From the NCBI GenBank assembly GCA_043228905.1, contig JBHGNT010000001.1:17608001-17672000 (forward strand): a DNA stretch of 64,000 nt, read 5' to 3'. The stretch is from Azolla caroliniana (taxonomy: Eukaryota > Plantae > Polypodiophyta). Below, piece by piece: positions 1-12,313 of the stretch. The notes below the pieces were generated by a model. It was not told where the DNA came from. It saw only the letters and a program-made list of their open reading frames with translations, and made no database searches. The position numbers and the translations under genes were made by a program. The stretch's first letter is position 1. Each line of letters opens with the position of its first letter.

Positions 1-465
1 ATATGTTTCTGAGCATCCATCGAGGCTATATTTGTAAATAGCCGAAAAATCATATTAGTATAAATATGACTTAGGGCAAAATTTTAGTTTTTTTGTTGTT
101 GTCATTTCTTGTTGGTGCAAGGTGAGAGAGAGCGCGTAACTGTGTATATATATATAGAGAGAGAAAGAGGTCGTTGCCTCTGTTGTAATCACCACCTGTG
201 GCGAAGATAGAAAGCTCGAGGTCGTTGCCTCAGTGCTTTACTGTTGTATACCGTAACATAGTGATAGTTTGCAGCCTGTGGGCTGCCGTGGTTTTTTCCC
301 TACTATGGGTTTTCCACGTAAACATCCTGTGTGCTCCTCTCTTCACTGTGTCGTTCATTATTTCCCATATTCTGTGTATGATTCTAAGCTCGGTTGTGGC
401 CGAGCGTTGCGTATAAGGAGCCTTGAGTTCCCGTCAAGTGGTATCAGAGCGAAACGACACAGAAT

Positions 466-3400
466 ATGGACGAATCGTTGGGAGGCATGTTCAAGCTCAC
501 CGGCTCCAACTATTCGGTGTGGAAGTTGAAGATGAGGGACATGCTCGTGGTTAAAGATCTCTAGCTGCCGGTTCAATTCGTGGACAAGAGACCGGACAAA
601 ATCGACGCCGCGATATGGGAGGTGATGCACATGAAGACAACGACGTACATACGGTGCTTCATCGACATGAGCCTGTACAACAACTTCAATGAAGAGAGCA
701 AGGCTCATGAGCTCTGGGAGAAGATCGGCATAATGTTTCAAAACAAAAATGTTGTTAATCAGGTTTCGGTATTCCGGAAGCTAGTAAGACTCCGGTACCA
801 AGATGGTTCCAGCATGGTGGAGCACATGAATGCCTTCTAGGGGCTGATACACCAGGCAACATCATTGGAAGTACTTCTCGCCGACAAGGTACTAGCGCTA
901 CTCCTGCTCGGTTCCCTCCCGGATAGGTGGGAGACGTTGGTTGTCACTTTGGGCAACGCCGGGCCGGAAGGGAAACGGTTATCCCTAGCAAGAGTAAAGT
1001 TGAGTTGCTAGATGAGGAGGCGCGTCGGAAAGATAAGGATACGAGCTCCAACTCCAAAGTGCTCCTTACCGAATCGGAACGCGGAAGACATAGAAACCGT
1101 AGTCCCAAGAACCGGGAAAAGTCGGGGACACGGTCAAAGTCAAGGGGGAGGCCTACTTGCTTCTATTGTGGCAAGCCGGGACACTTCCAAAAGAACTGTC
1201 AGCATTTCCGAAAAGACAAGGAAACCGACAGTACCGATTTTAAGCGGATACCGGACCCGAACGGTAAAGACCGGAGGGGGCCGGACCGGAAGGGAACGAC
1301 GGCAATCACGGCAAGTGAAGAAGAGTTGATGCTCATCACCGAGGAGAGTGAGATAAACCTTGCCGGCGACGAGATGACCTGGGTGGTAGACTCCGGAGCG
1401 TCGTTCCACCTAACCCCGGACCGGAAATGCTTCTCATTCTACTCAGCCGGTGATCACGGCTGTGTCCGGATGGGGAATGAAGGTACATGCCGAATTGTCA
1501 GCACAGGAGACGTGTGGCTGACAACACCAACCGGATGCAAGTTGCTGCTGAAGGATGTCCGACACGTTCCGGAGGTTCGTCTGAACCTGATATCAGCCGG
1601 TCGGCTAGATGATGAAGGCTACACGGGTAGCATCCGGAACGGTGTCATGAAGTTCAACAAAGGGAGCCTGATTGTGGCTCGGGCCCGGAAGGTCAACACA
1701 CTGTACCTGATGAATGCCCGGTTATGTCCGGAAGAAGTGAACGTGGCATTCGACACTGCCGGTGAGCTGTGGCACAAGAGGTTGTGTCATATGAGCGAGA
1801 AGGGGATGAAGAGGCTTGCAGAGGACAACCTCATTCCAGTGAAGAACGTGCACTTGGAGAAATGCACTGATTGTCTGGCCAGTAAGCAAAACCGGACCTC
1901 CTTCCGACCAAGGCCACCGATGAGACGTAATGCGCCACTGGAGTTGGTGCATACGGATGTGTGTCAAGTAGACATGAAGTCACATGCCGGAGCGCAGTAC
2001 TTCGTGACGTTCATAGATGACCACAGCCGGAAGCTGTGGGCCACACCATTGAAGACGAAGGATCAAGTGCTATCCGTCTTCAAAGAGCTCCACGCGAGAG
2101 TGGAAAGAGAAACCGGCCGGAAGCTGAAGGCGGTTCGAGCAGATAACGGAGGAGAATACGGGGGGCAGTTCGAGGAGTACTGCCGCTCGAAGGGAATCCG
2201 GCTCGAATTTATCGTGCCGAAGATGCCGGAACTAAACGGACTGGCCGAGAGGATGAACCGGACCATAATGGTGAGGGTCCGGAATATGCTAGCGCATGCA
2301 AAACTACCCAAGAAGTTTTGGGCTGAGGCACTGTCGACGACGACATATGTGATAAATAGATCACCCTCAGTACCCTTGGACGGAGACACGCCACAGAGAG
2401 TGTGGACCGGTAAGGAAGTATCCTACTGGCATCTGAAGGTGTTCGGGTGTCTTGCGTACGTGCATGTAGCTAAGGACCGGAGAGGAAAGTTAGATCCAAA
2501 GACCCGGCCATGCATAATCCTCGGTTATGGTGACGATGAGTTTGGCTACCGAGTGTGGGACCTGGTCGACAAGAAGGTATTCCGGAGTCAAGATATTATC
2601 TTCATGGAGGACAAGACGCTTGCCGACTGGGAGTCGGAGAAGAAGATAATAAACTCCGAGTCGACCGGTAAGGATAGATTCTACAATGAGCAGACCCAAC
2701 CGGCAAGAGACCGGTTAGCACTCGAGGAACCAGCCGGTTATAGTGAGGATACCGAACCGGCAGAAGAAGAAGTAGAGGAAGCTGAGACCAGAACCAACCA
2801 AGACCCCGAATCGGATTCGGATGAAGAGAAAATGGAGGAGCCGGCTACCAAAGCCCAAAGACGGAGATATCCTCTCAGAGAGAGAAGGGCCCCCTGGAGA
2901 TTTCTGGATGCAGAGCATGTGCTGCTAACCGATGAGGGGGAGTCGGAAAGCTTCGAAGAAGCGAAGGATGACACCCACAACCACAAATGGTTAAGTGCCA
3001 TGCAAGATGAGATGGATTCCCTTCATGAGAACCATACGTACGAATTGGTGGAGTTGCCGAAAGGAAAGCGGGCACTCCGAAACAAGTGGGTGTACAAGTT
3101 GAAACCGGGAGATGCCGGCAACCCCCCGAGATACAAAGCCAGGATCGTGGTGAAGGGGTTCCAGCAGAAAAAGGGCGTGGACTTTGACGAGATATTTGCC
3201 CCGGTAGTAAAGATGACCTCCATCCGGACGGTGCTGAGTATAACGGCAAGCATGGACCTTGAGGTAGAACAACTGGACGTGAAGACGACATTCCTTCACG
3301 GCGACCTCGAAGAGGAGATCTACATGTAGCAACCGGAGGGATTTGTGGAGAAAGGGAAGGAGCACCTAGTATGTCGGCTGAAGAAGAGCCTGTACGGACT

Positions 3401-4508
3401 AAAGCAGGCTCCCTGACAATGGTACCGGAAGTTCGATTCCTTCATGACCGATCAAGGGTACCACAAGACGCGGGCCGATCACTGCGTGTTTGTGAAGAAG
3501 TTCGAAGGAGGCGACTTCTTGATACTCTTTCTGTATGTGGATGACATGTTGATCGTCGGACGGGACCAAGTCAAAATACGAATGCTGAAGAAGGCTCTCA
3601 ACCGGACCTTCTCAATGAAAGACTTGGGTCCGGCAAGACAGATGCTGGGGATGCACATCATTCGGGACCGGTGAAAGAAGCAACTATGGCTTTTACAGGA
3701 GAAGTACGTGACAAAGGTGCTTCACCGGTTCAACATGTCAGATGCGAAACCGGTCGGATCGACACTTCCGACAAACTGCAGGTTATCCGGTAAGCAAAGC
3801 CCGAAGACGAAAGCAAAGAAGGTGGATATGATGAAGATTCCATATGCCTCTGCCGTCGGGAGCTTGATGTACGCAATGGTGTGTACCCGACTGGATATAG
3901 GATACGCAGTCGGAGTGCTGAGCCGGTTTATGAGCAATCCCGGCAAGGAGCACTGGAACGCGGTCAAATGGATACTCCGGTACTTGAAGGGCACCTCAAA
4001 TATGTGTCTCCGATTCGGCTCCGGAAAACCTCAACTTGACGGTTTCACTGATTCAAACATGTCGGCTGATGTGGATACCAGCCGGTCTACATCCGGGTAT
4101 GTAATGACATATGCAGGGGGAGCTGTTTCGTGGTAGTCGAGGCTGCAGAAGACGGTTGCATTGTCAACCACGGAGGCGGAGTACATGGCGGTTGTGGAAG
4201 CCGGCAAGGAAATATTATGGATGAAGGACTTCATCGGAGAGCTCGGTATCTGACAAGATGAATATCGGCTCTATTGCGACAGTCAAAGTGCCATCCACCT
4301 TGCTAAGAATGCGGCCTACCATTCCCGTACGAAGCATATCCAACGAAGGTAGCACTCGATCGGAGAAAGAGTAGATGACCCGGAGTTCGCACTAACGAAG
4401 ATCCACACGATCGAGAACGGGTCAAATATGCTGACCAAAGTTCTGATACTCGACAAGCTGGATGCATGCCGGAAGAGGATCGGACTTGTAAGACACCCCA
4501 TGCCGTAG
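466..4508 (+). pseudogene. copia gag-pol polyprotein broken by stops and frameshifts
   Basis: Zn knuckle CFYCGKPGHFQKNC, protease WVVDSGAS, integrase HTDVC...RADNGGE...AERMN, RT LYVDDML, RNase H; many TAG/TGA stops at CAG/CGA/TGG codons. Confidence 0.93.
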
Positions 4509-4584
4509 TGAAGGGGGAGTTTGTTGGGAGACAGGTCCCTCAGGATGGAAGAGAGAAGAATAGTGCTGATGAACAAACTCGGCC

Positions 4585-4860
4585 GAGTACCCGGCTACGG
4601 AGAGCCGGATGGTGCAAACCCGGTGAGAACCGGATGAGGAGTACCCGGCTACGGAGAGCCGGATGGTGCAAACCCGATGAGAATCGGATGAGGAGTACCC
4701 GGCTACGGAGAGCCGGATGGTGCAGATCCGGTGAGAACCGGATGAGGAGTACCCGGCTACGGAGAGCCGGATGGTGCAGACCCGGTGAGAACCGGATGAG
4801 GAGTACCCGGCTACGGAGAGCCTGATGGTGCAGACCCGGTGAGGAATGCTCACCGGATGA
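4585..4860 (+). repeat. 54-bp tandem repeat (about 5 copies) in U3 of the copia A 3' LTR
   Basis: Unit GAGTACCCGGCTACGGAGAGCCGGATGGTGCA(A/G)ACCCGGTGAGAACCGGATGAG; 18-aa periodicity in the overlapping ORFs. Confidence 0.95.
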
Positions 4861-5312
4861 AGAGACATATTCGTAAATATGTTTCTGAGAGTCCATCGAG
4901 GCTATATTTGTAAATAGCCGAAAAGTCATATTAGTATAAATATGACTTAGGGCAAACTTTTAGTTTTTTTTTGGTTGTCATTTCTTGTTGGTGCAAGGTG
5001 AGAGAGAGCATGTAACTGTGTATAGAGAGAGAGAGAGAGAAAGAGGTTGTTGCCTCTGTTGTAACCGCCGCCTGTGGCGAAGATAGAAAGCTCGAGGTCG
5101 TTGCCTCAGTGCTTTACTGTTGTATATTGTAACATAGTGATAGTTTGCAGCCTGTGGGCTGCCATGGTTTTTTCCCTAGTTTGGGTTTTCCACGTAAACA
5201 TCCTGTGTGCTCCTCTCTTCACTGTGTCGTTCATTATTTCCCGTATTCTGTGTATGATTCTAAGCTCGGTTGTGGCCGAGCGTTGCGTATAAGGAGCCTT
5301 GATTTCCCGTCA

Positions 5313-6009
5313 CTTTTGTCCGTCGGTTACTATTCCGGCGGACAACACCTGGCACGCCTGTGGGACAATGCCCTGGCACGTCGAACCCATCCCGTTAATC
5401 CTCTTCCAAAATGGCCCGGATGTTTGGCTCTGCTGCGGTGTCCGCTTCCGTAGGTGCATCGTGGTGTGGCTCCCCTGTTTGGTCGGGCTGGTTTCTCCTG
5501 GAGTCAGCGGCTAAACATCCATTCGTTGTTGCTCGTCTGTGAGAAAACACAGATCACCAAGCGTGCCAAAAGTGTTGCCGATTAGGAACACGTTACGCGG
5601 TCAGTCCTTTGACCTAGACCCCAAAGTGGGTGTGGAACAACGAACAGGTGTTTAAGCGTAATGCGTAGGGGGAGAATCCCTGTAACCTATCAGCGTATAA
5701 GGGAGACAGATACAACCGAATCCCTATCAAGGGTACACCTACGTACTTAAACGCTAAGGTATTCAAGACACACAGTGAATTAGCCGTAGCTATACATAGG
5801 AAATCAGAGAAGATAGAATTCTATTATCAGGCCTTTCTTTACATTCCCAAAATTACACGCACCCTCTATCAGAGGTTTTCTGCCCTTTATATACGTAGGG
5901 TCTATTTAGCCATTCACGCTTCCTGCGTGAACCGTTACATGCGTTATGCTCCTATATTATTTTCTATTCCTATGCTTTTGTCTGTCGGTTACTATTCCGG
6001 CGGACAACA
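5313..6009 (-). mobile_element. TRIM-like non-autonomous derivative of gypsy family K
   Basis: 5' LTR 6009-5573 is homologous to 57207-57618. PBS TGGCACGCTTGGTGA at 5568-5554. Internal region only about 225 bp. 3' LTR begins at 5347 and is cut at 5313 by copia A. Confidence 0.85.
5350..5389 (-). promoter_or_regulatory. tRNA-3'-end-like hairpin/inverted PBS at the PPT position
   Basis: Minus strand reads TGGGTTCGACGTGCCAGGGCATTGTCCCACAGGCGTGCCA-GG-TGTTG(LTR). Confidence 0.75.
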
Positions 6010-7057
6010 GACCTTCATTACTTCCTCGGGATCGAAGTGATTTGCACCCTCGAAGGCATACTGATCAGCCAACGTCATTACGCGCTGAATATGCTCTTCA
6101 AATTCGGGATGGCAGACTGTAAGTCCGTCTCGACTCCTTTGGATAGAACCGTCAAACTTCCCCCCAATTCTGGAAAGGTATGCGACCCAACGAGGTTTCG
6201 ACAAATTGTTGGAAGCCTTATCTACTTGACAATCACCAGACCCGATCTCAGTTATCCGGTCGGGGTGATTAGTCAATTCATGGCGCGACCTACCAAGGAG
6301 CACCTTCAGTGTGTGCAACGCGTACTACGGTACGAGAGTGAAAACCGATCGGAGGTAGCCGAGTCGGTTCGGATGTTTGATTCGGATACACTGAATCAAC
6401 CGAGGGCCAAGCGGAAAAGAAGGCAGCAGGAGAAGCGCCAACACCGTGACAACGAGGGAGCTATGAAGGGCCGTGGGAGTAGACAAGCCGACCGGAAGGG
6501 TCGAAGCGCGCGGAGTCGAATAGGTCGAGGAGTGCGAGCGAGGCATGGAGAGGCGTGGAGCCAGGAGGAACCGGAACAGTGATTCAGAAGATCCCGAAGA
6601 GCCTCAAGTTGAGCTTGAAGGGGACTATTGAGAGACAAGCTCAACATTGGCCGGATCGGCTGAGCAAGTCGAGGACCGGATTGGTTGGGAACGATCGGTT
6701 AGGCCGGATCGGTTGGAAACCGGTATGCAGACCGGTGCGTAGGAAGGCCGGATCGGTGCGGAAACCAGGAGGCCATCGGAAAGATATTCCACAAGGAATA
6801 TATTTGGGAGTTAGTGTAGGGGCTCCTCAATGAGCATTGAAGTACTGTCAATACTTCTTTCAGTCTGGAAAGGACTTGTATAAAAGTGTTAATTGAACAC
6901 ACACGATGTAGAGATCGAGTATTATTTTTGAATTAAGTTCTTGTGTTTACTCTCTCTTTGTCTCTCCCGTGCGTACTATACAAACCTAAGCTTTCCATTA
7001 AACCTGCATTTTCTGTTGTTCGGTTTCCTATATTGCTTTCGCACGCCATTATTTTCA
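6010..7057 (+). mobile_element. 3' remnant of a copia of the D/E family (RT fragment, internal deletion, degenerate 3' LTR about 6626-7057)
   Basis: DLHYFLGIEV...LTITRPDLSYPV matches the RT of element D; degenerate PPT CTTGAAGGGGAC; LTR similar to 46944-47345. Confidence 0.8.
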
Positions 7058-10000
7058 GTCCCGTTAATAAGAATAGTGTACACGTCCTACACCAATTGCA
7101 TGAGGTGTATGTAGACGAGAAACGACGGTGCACGGATGATGCAGCCAGACCATCAAAGACACCAAAAAGCTAGAACTCCGGAGGGAAGGGAAAAGAAAAG
7201 ATGATTATGGCATTCAAGCTCGCCTCGGACATCGAACAACAAACGGACATGAAAAAGGTGTTCGAGGAGAGAATCCTCGATAGCCGGGTAGAATTTTCGC
7301 TTCGGGAATTACTCGGAATAGCAAAGAAGGAGTTCCATGATCTTCTTATGGATCTCGTGAAGAGAAAAAGACAAAGTACGGAGGAGAATGCTCCAAGGGT
7401 AAATGTGAACACGGTTTTAATGAATGACACCAAAGTGGAGGACGAAATTCCGAACTCCCACTACACAAGGCCACACTGGGCCCGTGCAACTATGGAGACT
7501 CCGGTCCGAATTGGCAACATCAATGATCCCGTGCTAGCATTGATTGATCACGGATCGGAGATCAATTCGATGTCCAAGGAGTTCTACCAGAAGGGGAAGT
7601 GGCCTATAAATACTCACCATGGATGGAAGATCCGGGGAGCCACTAAAGTAATGGAAGATCTATTTGTGGCTTGTCCGGATGTGATGGTGAAGATCGGGGA
7701 TGTCAAGATCGACCAAAATTTCTTCGTACAAGACGAGGTCTCACATTCTGTGATCCTCGGGCAACCCTTTATCACGGCTTCACGGATGGAGACAAAGGTG
7801 CTCGATAACGGTGTGGGTTTCACACGAATTCGGAGCCAAAGCGGAGGGAAATCCATTAAATTCCTAATTGTGCCGGAAAATCATGAAAGGAACAAGAGAG
7901 AGCTCTTGTCCCAAACAAGGATGAATTTTTAGAGCGGACTGTTGTGAAGTGGGGAAGTGATAGTCCGAGAAGCCCTGATACCCCACACAGGAAGAAAACT
8001 CCCGGAGCAAAACAAGTACGAATCAATCCGGATGAGGCATCTACGTACACGGCTGTAACCGGAGGAAATAAGAAAGAATACTGAAAAGTAGAGGATGAGT
8101 TGCGGTCGGCATCAATAATAAAAGAAGACGAAGAAATCGTGGGGGTAGTCGAAGAAGTGTTCTATAGGAGCACGCTACAACGGCTTGAAGAGCTTGTGGA
8201 GGATAAAAGCCAAGGAGACCGGGTAGTCCTGGTGGAATCGGTCGAGATATATGAGATCATTGCGAAAATGGGGCCGGATGCGATCTGCAAAGAAGAAGCA
8301 ATGGTAAGTACGAAATACAAGACCGTGGAGAAGAAATTGAAACCGGCTGCGGGACCGTTACCTGCCGATAGCGGGCAAAAGAGGAAAGAAGTCTTGAGAG
8401 ATCCGACACTTCGGAAGTCCGTGGATATCGGACATGCCTTCATGAATGAGACCTAGAAGAAACTTTAGATTGGTGAAGGTGGTTTCCTTTTACAAAATGA
8501 AGAAGAACGATTTCGTGGGATGTTGGAACAACATGGGAAAGCATTTGCATTCACATCGAAGGAGATAGGGTGCGTTGATCCGAAGATAGTGGAGCCGATG
8601 GTGATCTTCACGATTAACCATGTGCCGTGGAACCTGAAGCCGATTCTGGTGCTGCGGGTGCATATTCCCAAAATCATTGACTTGCTCAAGGAGAAGGTGG
8701 TGATGGGGATTCTAGAGTCATGAAACGCTCCGTACTCAAATCGATGGTTTACGGTTCCGAAGAAGAGTGGGTCACTCCGATTTATCCAAGACTTGCAATC
8801 GGTGAACAAGGTCACGATCCGGAACTCTGGAGTTGGTCTGATAGTGGACGAATTTGCGGAAGCATTTGCCGGTTGTGCGATATACTCCATCGGAGTCCTA
8901 TACTCAGGGTATGACCAATTCCAACTAGCCGTGGAGAGCCGAGACATCACTACCATGTGGACACCGATAGGATTAGTCCGAATGTGCACACTACCACAAG
9001 GAGCGACAAACTCGGTTGCACATATGATGAACGTGATGAACAAGGTGTTTCGAGATTGCATTCCGGAGATAACGATACCGTTCCTAGATGACATTCCGAT
9101 GAAAGGATGCGTGGTAGAAGAAAAAGATGAAACTATGGATGATCGGGGATGCCGAAAGTTCGTAGTCGACCATATTCGTGATTGCTAGAAAGTGCTTTGA
9201 AAGTGAGAAGATGTGCACCTAACACTTTCCGGGGAGAAATCAGCATTTGGGCAAGAAGAGATATTGGTAGTCGAACATCTATGTGGGCCCTACGGCCGAA
9301 GAACGTCACCAACCAAGATCGATGCGATTCAAGCTATGAAAGAAGTATGCGAGTCACAATCCGAAGTCCGAAGGTTTCTTGGAGCTTGTGCATTTTATCA
9401 CATATGGATTCCGCACTATGCACATATTGTGGACCCACTCTATCACTTATTGCGGAAGGGGAAGAAGTTCGAATGGAAACCGTAACACACCAAAGCCATG
9501 AAGAAGCTCAAGAAAACACTATGGAGGGCTGAAGCACTTAAGAAGCCGAGTTATGAGCGACCGATCATAGTAACGGTTGATACAAGTCCAACCGGAATCG
9601 GATGGGTCATCAATCAAGCTGACTCGGATGGTTTGCGATATCCGATCCGATTCGGAGCAAAGGTTCTCAACGAAAGGCAACGTGGATATGCACAAGTCAA
9701 AAGAGAATTATGGGGAGTCGTGTCGGCAATCAAATCGGATCGAGATTATTTGATCGGAGGCAAAGTAATGATCGAAACGGATTGTCTTCCGATACTCGGG
9801 ATGATGCGGTGTTGCATGATACCGGATGTGGCTATGCTAAGATGGATTGCATATGTTAAGTCGCTTAACCCGGATGTACAACACATCTCCGGGAAAGACA
9901 ACGCAGTAGCGGATATGCTATCAAGGGCTCGGTTCGGAGACGACATAGCCGAATCCGATAATGAAGAAGTTTCTGAAGACTACTTTGCTTCGGAGCACAT

Positions 10001-11771
10001 ATGCCGAGTAAACGTAATCCGAGAATTCCGAGAAGAAGAATACGAGGGAGAAAGCTTGATGATCGGGAAGGTGCTACAAGAAATTGAGGAATCATCGGAC
10101 GATAAAGAGAAGAGAGCCGAGATCTGAAGGAAGAAGAGGCAAGTCCAAAAGTTCTTCTTGAAAAATGGATTAATATAGAGGGAGCCGAAAAGACCGGATG
10201 GCATACCACTTCGGGTAGTCGGGACAAAAGAGCAACGAAACCGGATAACGTCCAAGTTTCACGAATTTGATTGGGCTGGACATCGAGGGACATGGGCAAC
10301 TTTTGTGAAAATCAAACAAAAATATTGGTGGAAGAATATGTACAAAGACATAGCGGAGTTCACGGAAAGCTGCGAGAAGTGTCAAATCTACTCCGGAGTT
10401 CAACACCAAGATGAGTTACATCCGACATTCTCACCGACAATCAACTTCAAATGGATGGTTGATATTGTAGCCATGACAACCGGGATCGGACAAAAGAAGT
10501 ACTTGGTGGTAGCTCGGGAAGATCTCACAAACCAAGTAGAAGGTCGGGGAGCTACGAAGGAAAACATGTTCTGTGGTATGCCAATTTCTTTTGGAGAAGG
10601 TGTTTTGCAGGTACGGGTGTGTAGGACAAGAGATTGTGGATTGGGGAGAACTCGACTCTGATAAAGCTAGGGAATTCTTTACCAAACATGGAGTTTGGTT
10701 AACACTAACAACGACATACAATCCAGAGGCCAACGGGAAAATCGAACGAGGACATAGTCTAATTGTCAAAGCACTTGCCAAACCATGCGACGGAAGGGTG
10801 AAGGATTGGCCGCAGATGCTCCTGTATGCACTATGGGCGGATCGGATGACGCATAGCTCCGTAACCGGTTATATGCGATAGAACTTATGACCGGACAAGC
10901 ACCAGTAATGCCGACGGAAACCGTGATTGTGACATGGACAATGCTACTGTGGAAGGAAGAGATGAGCCGGGAAGAACTACTAGCGGTCCGGATACGACAA
11001 CTAGAGGGAAGACTGGAAGACATAGCGGAAGCATCTCACGCTGACAACAAGAAGCGCGATTCAAGAACAAAAGCTGATTCGACACAAAACATTGACTACG
11101 ACAACGGAAGATTGAAGAAGGAGATTGGGGATTGTCTATGATAGTAGTCTGGATCATCAACATACAACGATACGGAAGTTCGCGAAAAGGTGGTTCGGGC
11201 CATACGAGGTTTGGAAAGTTTTCGACAATGGAACTTACTGACTATATGAGTTGGATGGGACGATACTATGAGTGCCTATAGCGGGGAAACGGGTAAGGAT
11301 CTTCAAGAAGCGGACTGACGACGAACCCTATGTAACCGTAGACAAGACTGACAACGAGGAGCAACCGAACAAAGATCGTGGTGATGCGGAATGCAAAGAA
11401 AGTGGTCTACAATTGATGGTTGATATAAGGGAGGAATTGGGTAGTGCTACAGATGAAGACGAACAACAGGCATCGGGAGCTTCGGCACATACCGGAGGAT
11501 GTGCGGGTTTGGAGGGGGCGAGTGTCGTAGTGTAATTCACACACTGCATGAAAAATTGCATTTTTGGTCTCTCCGGATAGGACATGGAGTACCCGGTGAG
11601 AACAGGAAGGTGGAACCGGTAAGGAAGACCCGGTGAGAACCGGATGAAGGATGGAATCGACAAGGAGACCCGGTAAGAACCGGATCAAGCAGAACCGGCA
11701 AGAGCCGGATAAAGAAGGCCTGTGAGAGTCTCACCGGATGAAGAGACAAATTTGTAAATAGAAGAAAAGAT
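7058..11771 (+). mobile_element. Ty3/gypsy element H (5'-truncated, decayed): gag tail-PR / RT-RH-INT, PPT, start of 3' LTR
   Basis: Protease LIDHGSEIN (7201-7932); RT TLPQGATNS...PFLDDIP; RH VTVDTSPTGIG; INT H-H-C-C and GPY domain; PPT GGAGGGGGCGAG 11511-11522; LTR from 11523. Confidence 0.9.
7923..7986 (+). promoter_or_regulatory. Putative -1 ribosomal frameshift signal (slippery site plus H-type pseudoknot)
   Basis: G AAT TTT then TAG; stem1 CGGACTGTT/GATAGTCCG; stem2 GTGGGG/CCCCAC; downstream pol is in the -1 frame. Confidence 0.7.
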
Positions 11772-12313
11772 TGTTACATGCATAGGGCAAGATTCGAACC
11801 TTGTACCTTCATGTTAACGATTTTTAAGCCTTACCATTATACTAGCATATTATGAATTTTAAAGTTATACTAAACTTTATCCCATGTAAATATTCTAGAT
11901 ATGCATGGTAGAAAAAGTTATTCATGCATACACACTCAAGTTAAAAGAAAAGATGGGATAGAAAGCTAATCATCCACATGTAGTGTGCATGAAAACTAAA
12001 GTTAGGAAAAGCATGATGCTTGCATGTGATAAACTTAGACTCTTGCAACACTATATAAGGAAGAGAGAAAGATGTATAGGTGGTGTTGATTATTTTACAA
12101 GGATTGATCAATCTAATATATTCGTGGGATTCATGAGTTTATCATCAAAATTCTCTTTCTTACAATCTAAATATTGATTAAATACACTAAACACGTGGGA
12201 TTCACAGGTTTTATTTCTTACTTCTTTTTCTACCTATTCATAACTAGCCTTATATTGTATTCTTTTTTCTCCTAGTCCAAAACCTCAGTGGTTCCCACCC
12301 AATTCATGCAACA
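11772..12313. mobile_element. Solo or recombined LTR containing a tRNA-like segment
   Basis: Termini TGTTACATG...CATGCAACA (8/9 inverted). Flanks AAGAT/ATCCA do not match, so there is no TSD. Confidence 0.6.
11775..11850 (-). other. Degenerate tRNA-derived segment with Pol III A and B boxes
   Basis: Minus strand A box TAGTATAATGG (11844-11834) and B box GGTTCGAATC (11800-11791), tRNA-like spacing; stems degenerate. Confidence 0.6.

Larger units (their letters stand above)
1..5312 (+). mobile_element. Ty1/copia LTR retrotransposon A, decayed; 5' LTR runs off the window start
   Basis: LTR 1-436 (ends CCGTCA) repeats within 4522-5312 (TGTTGGG...CCGTCA). PBS TGGTATCAGAGC (tRNA-iMet) at 439-450; PPT GAAGGGGGAG just before 4522. 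Domain order gag-PR-INT-RT-RH. Confidence 0.95.

Noticed and set aside
466-4508. Programmed stop-codon readthrough or RNA editing restoring the copia A ORF
   Set aside because: The stops coincide with frameshifts and fit C-to-T decay of methylated DNA; the related element B has sense codons at most of these positions.
4422-4929. Repetitive proteins from ORFs over the LTR repeat
   Set aside because: By-product of a 54-bp unit (a multiple of 3) being open in several frames.
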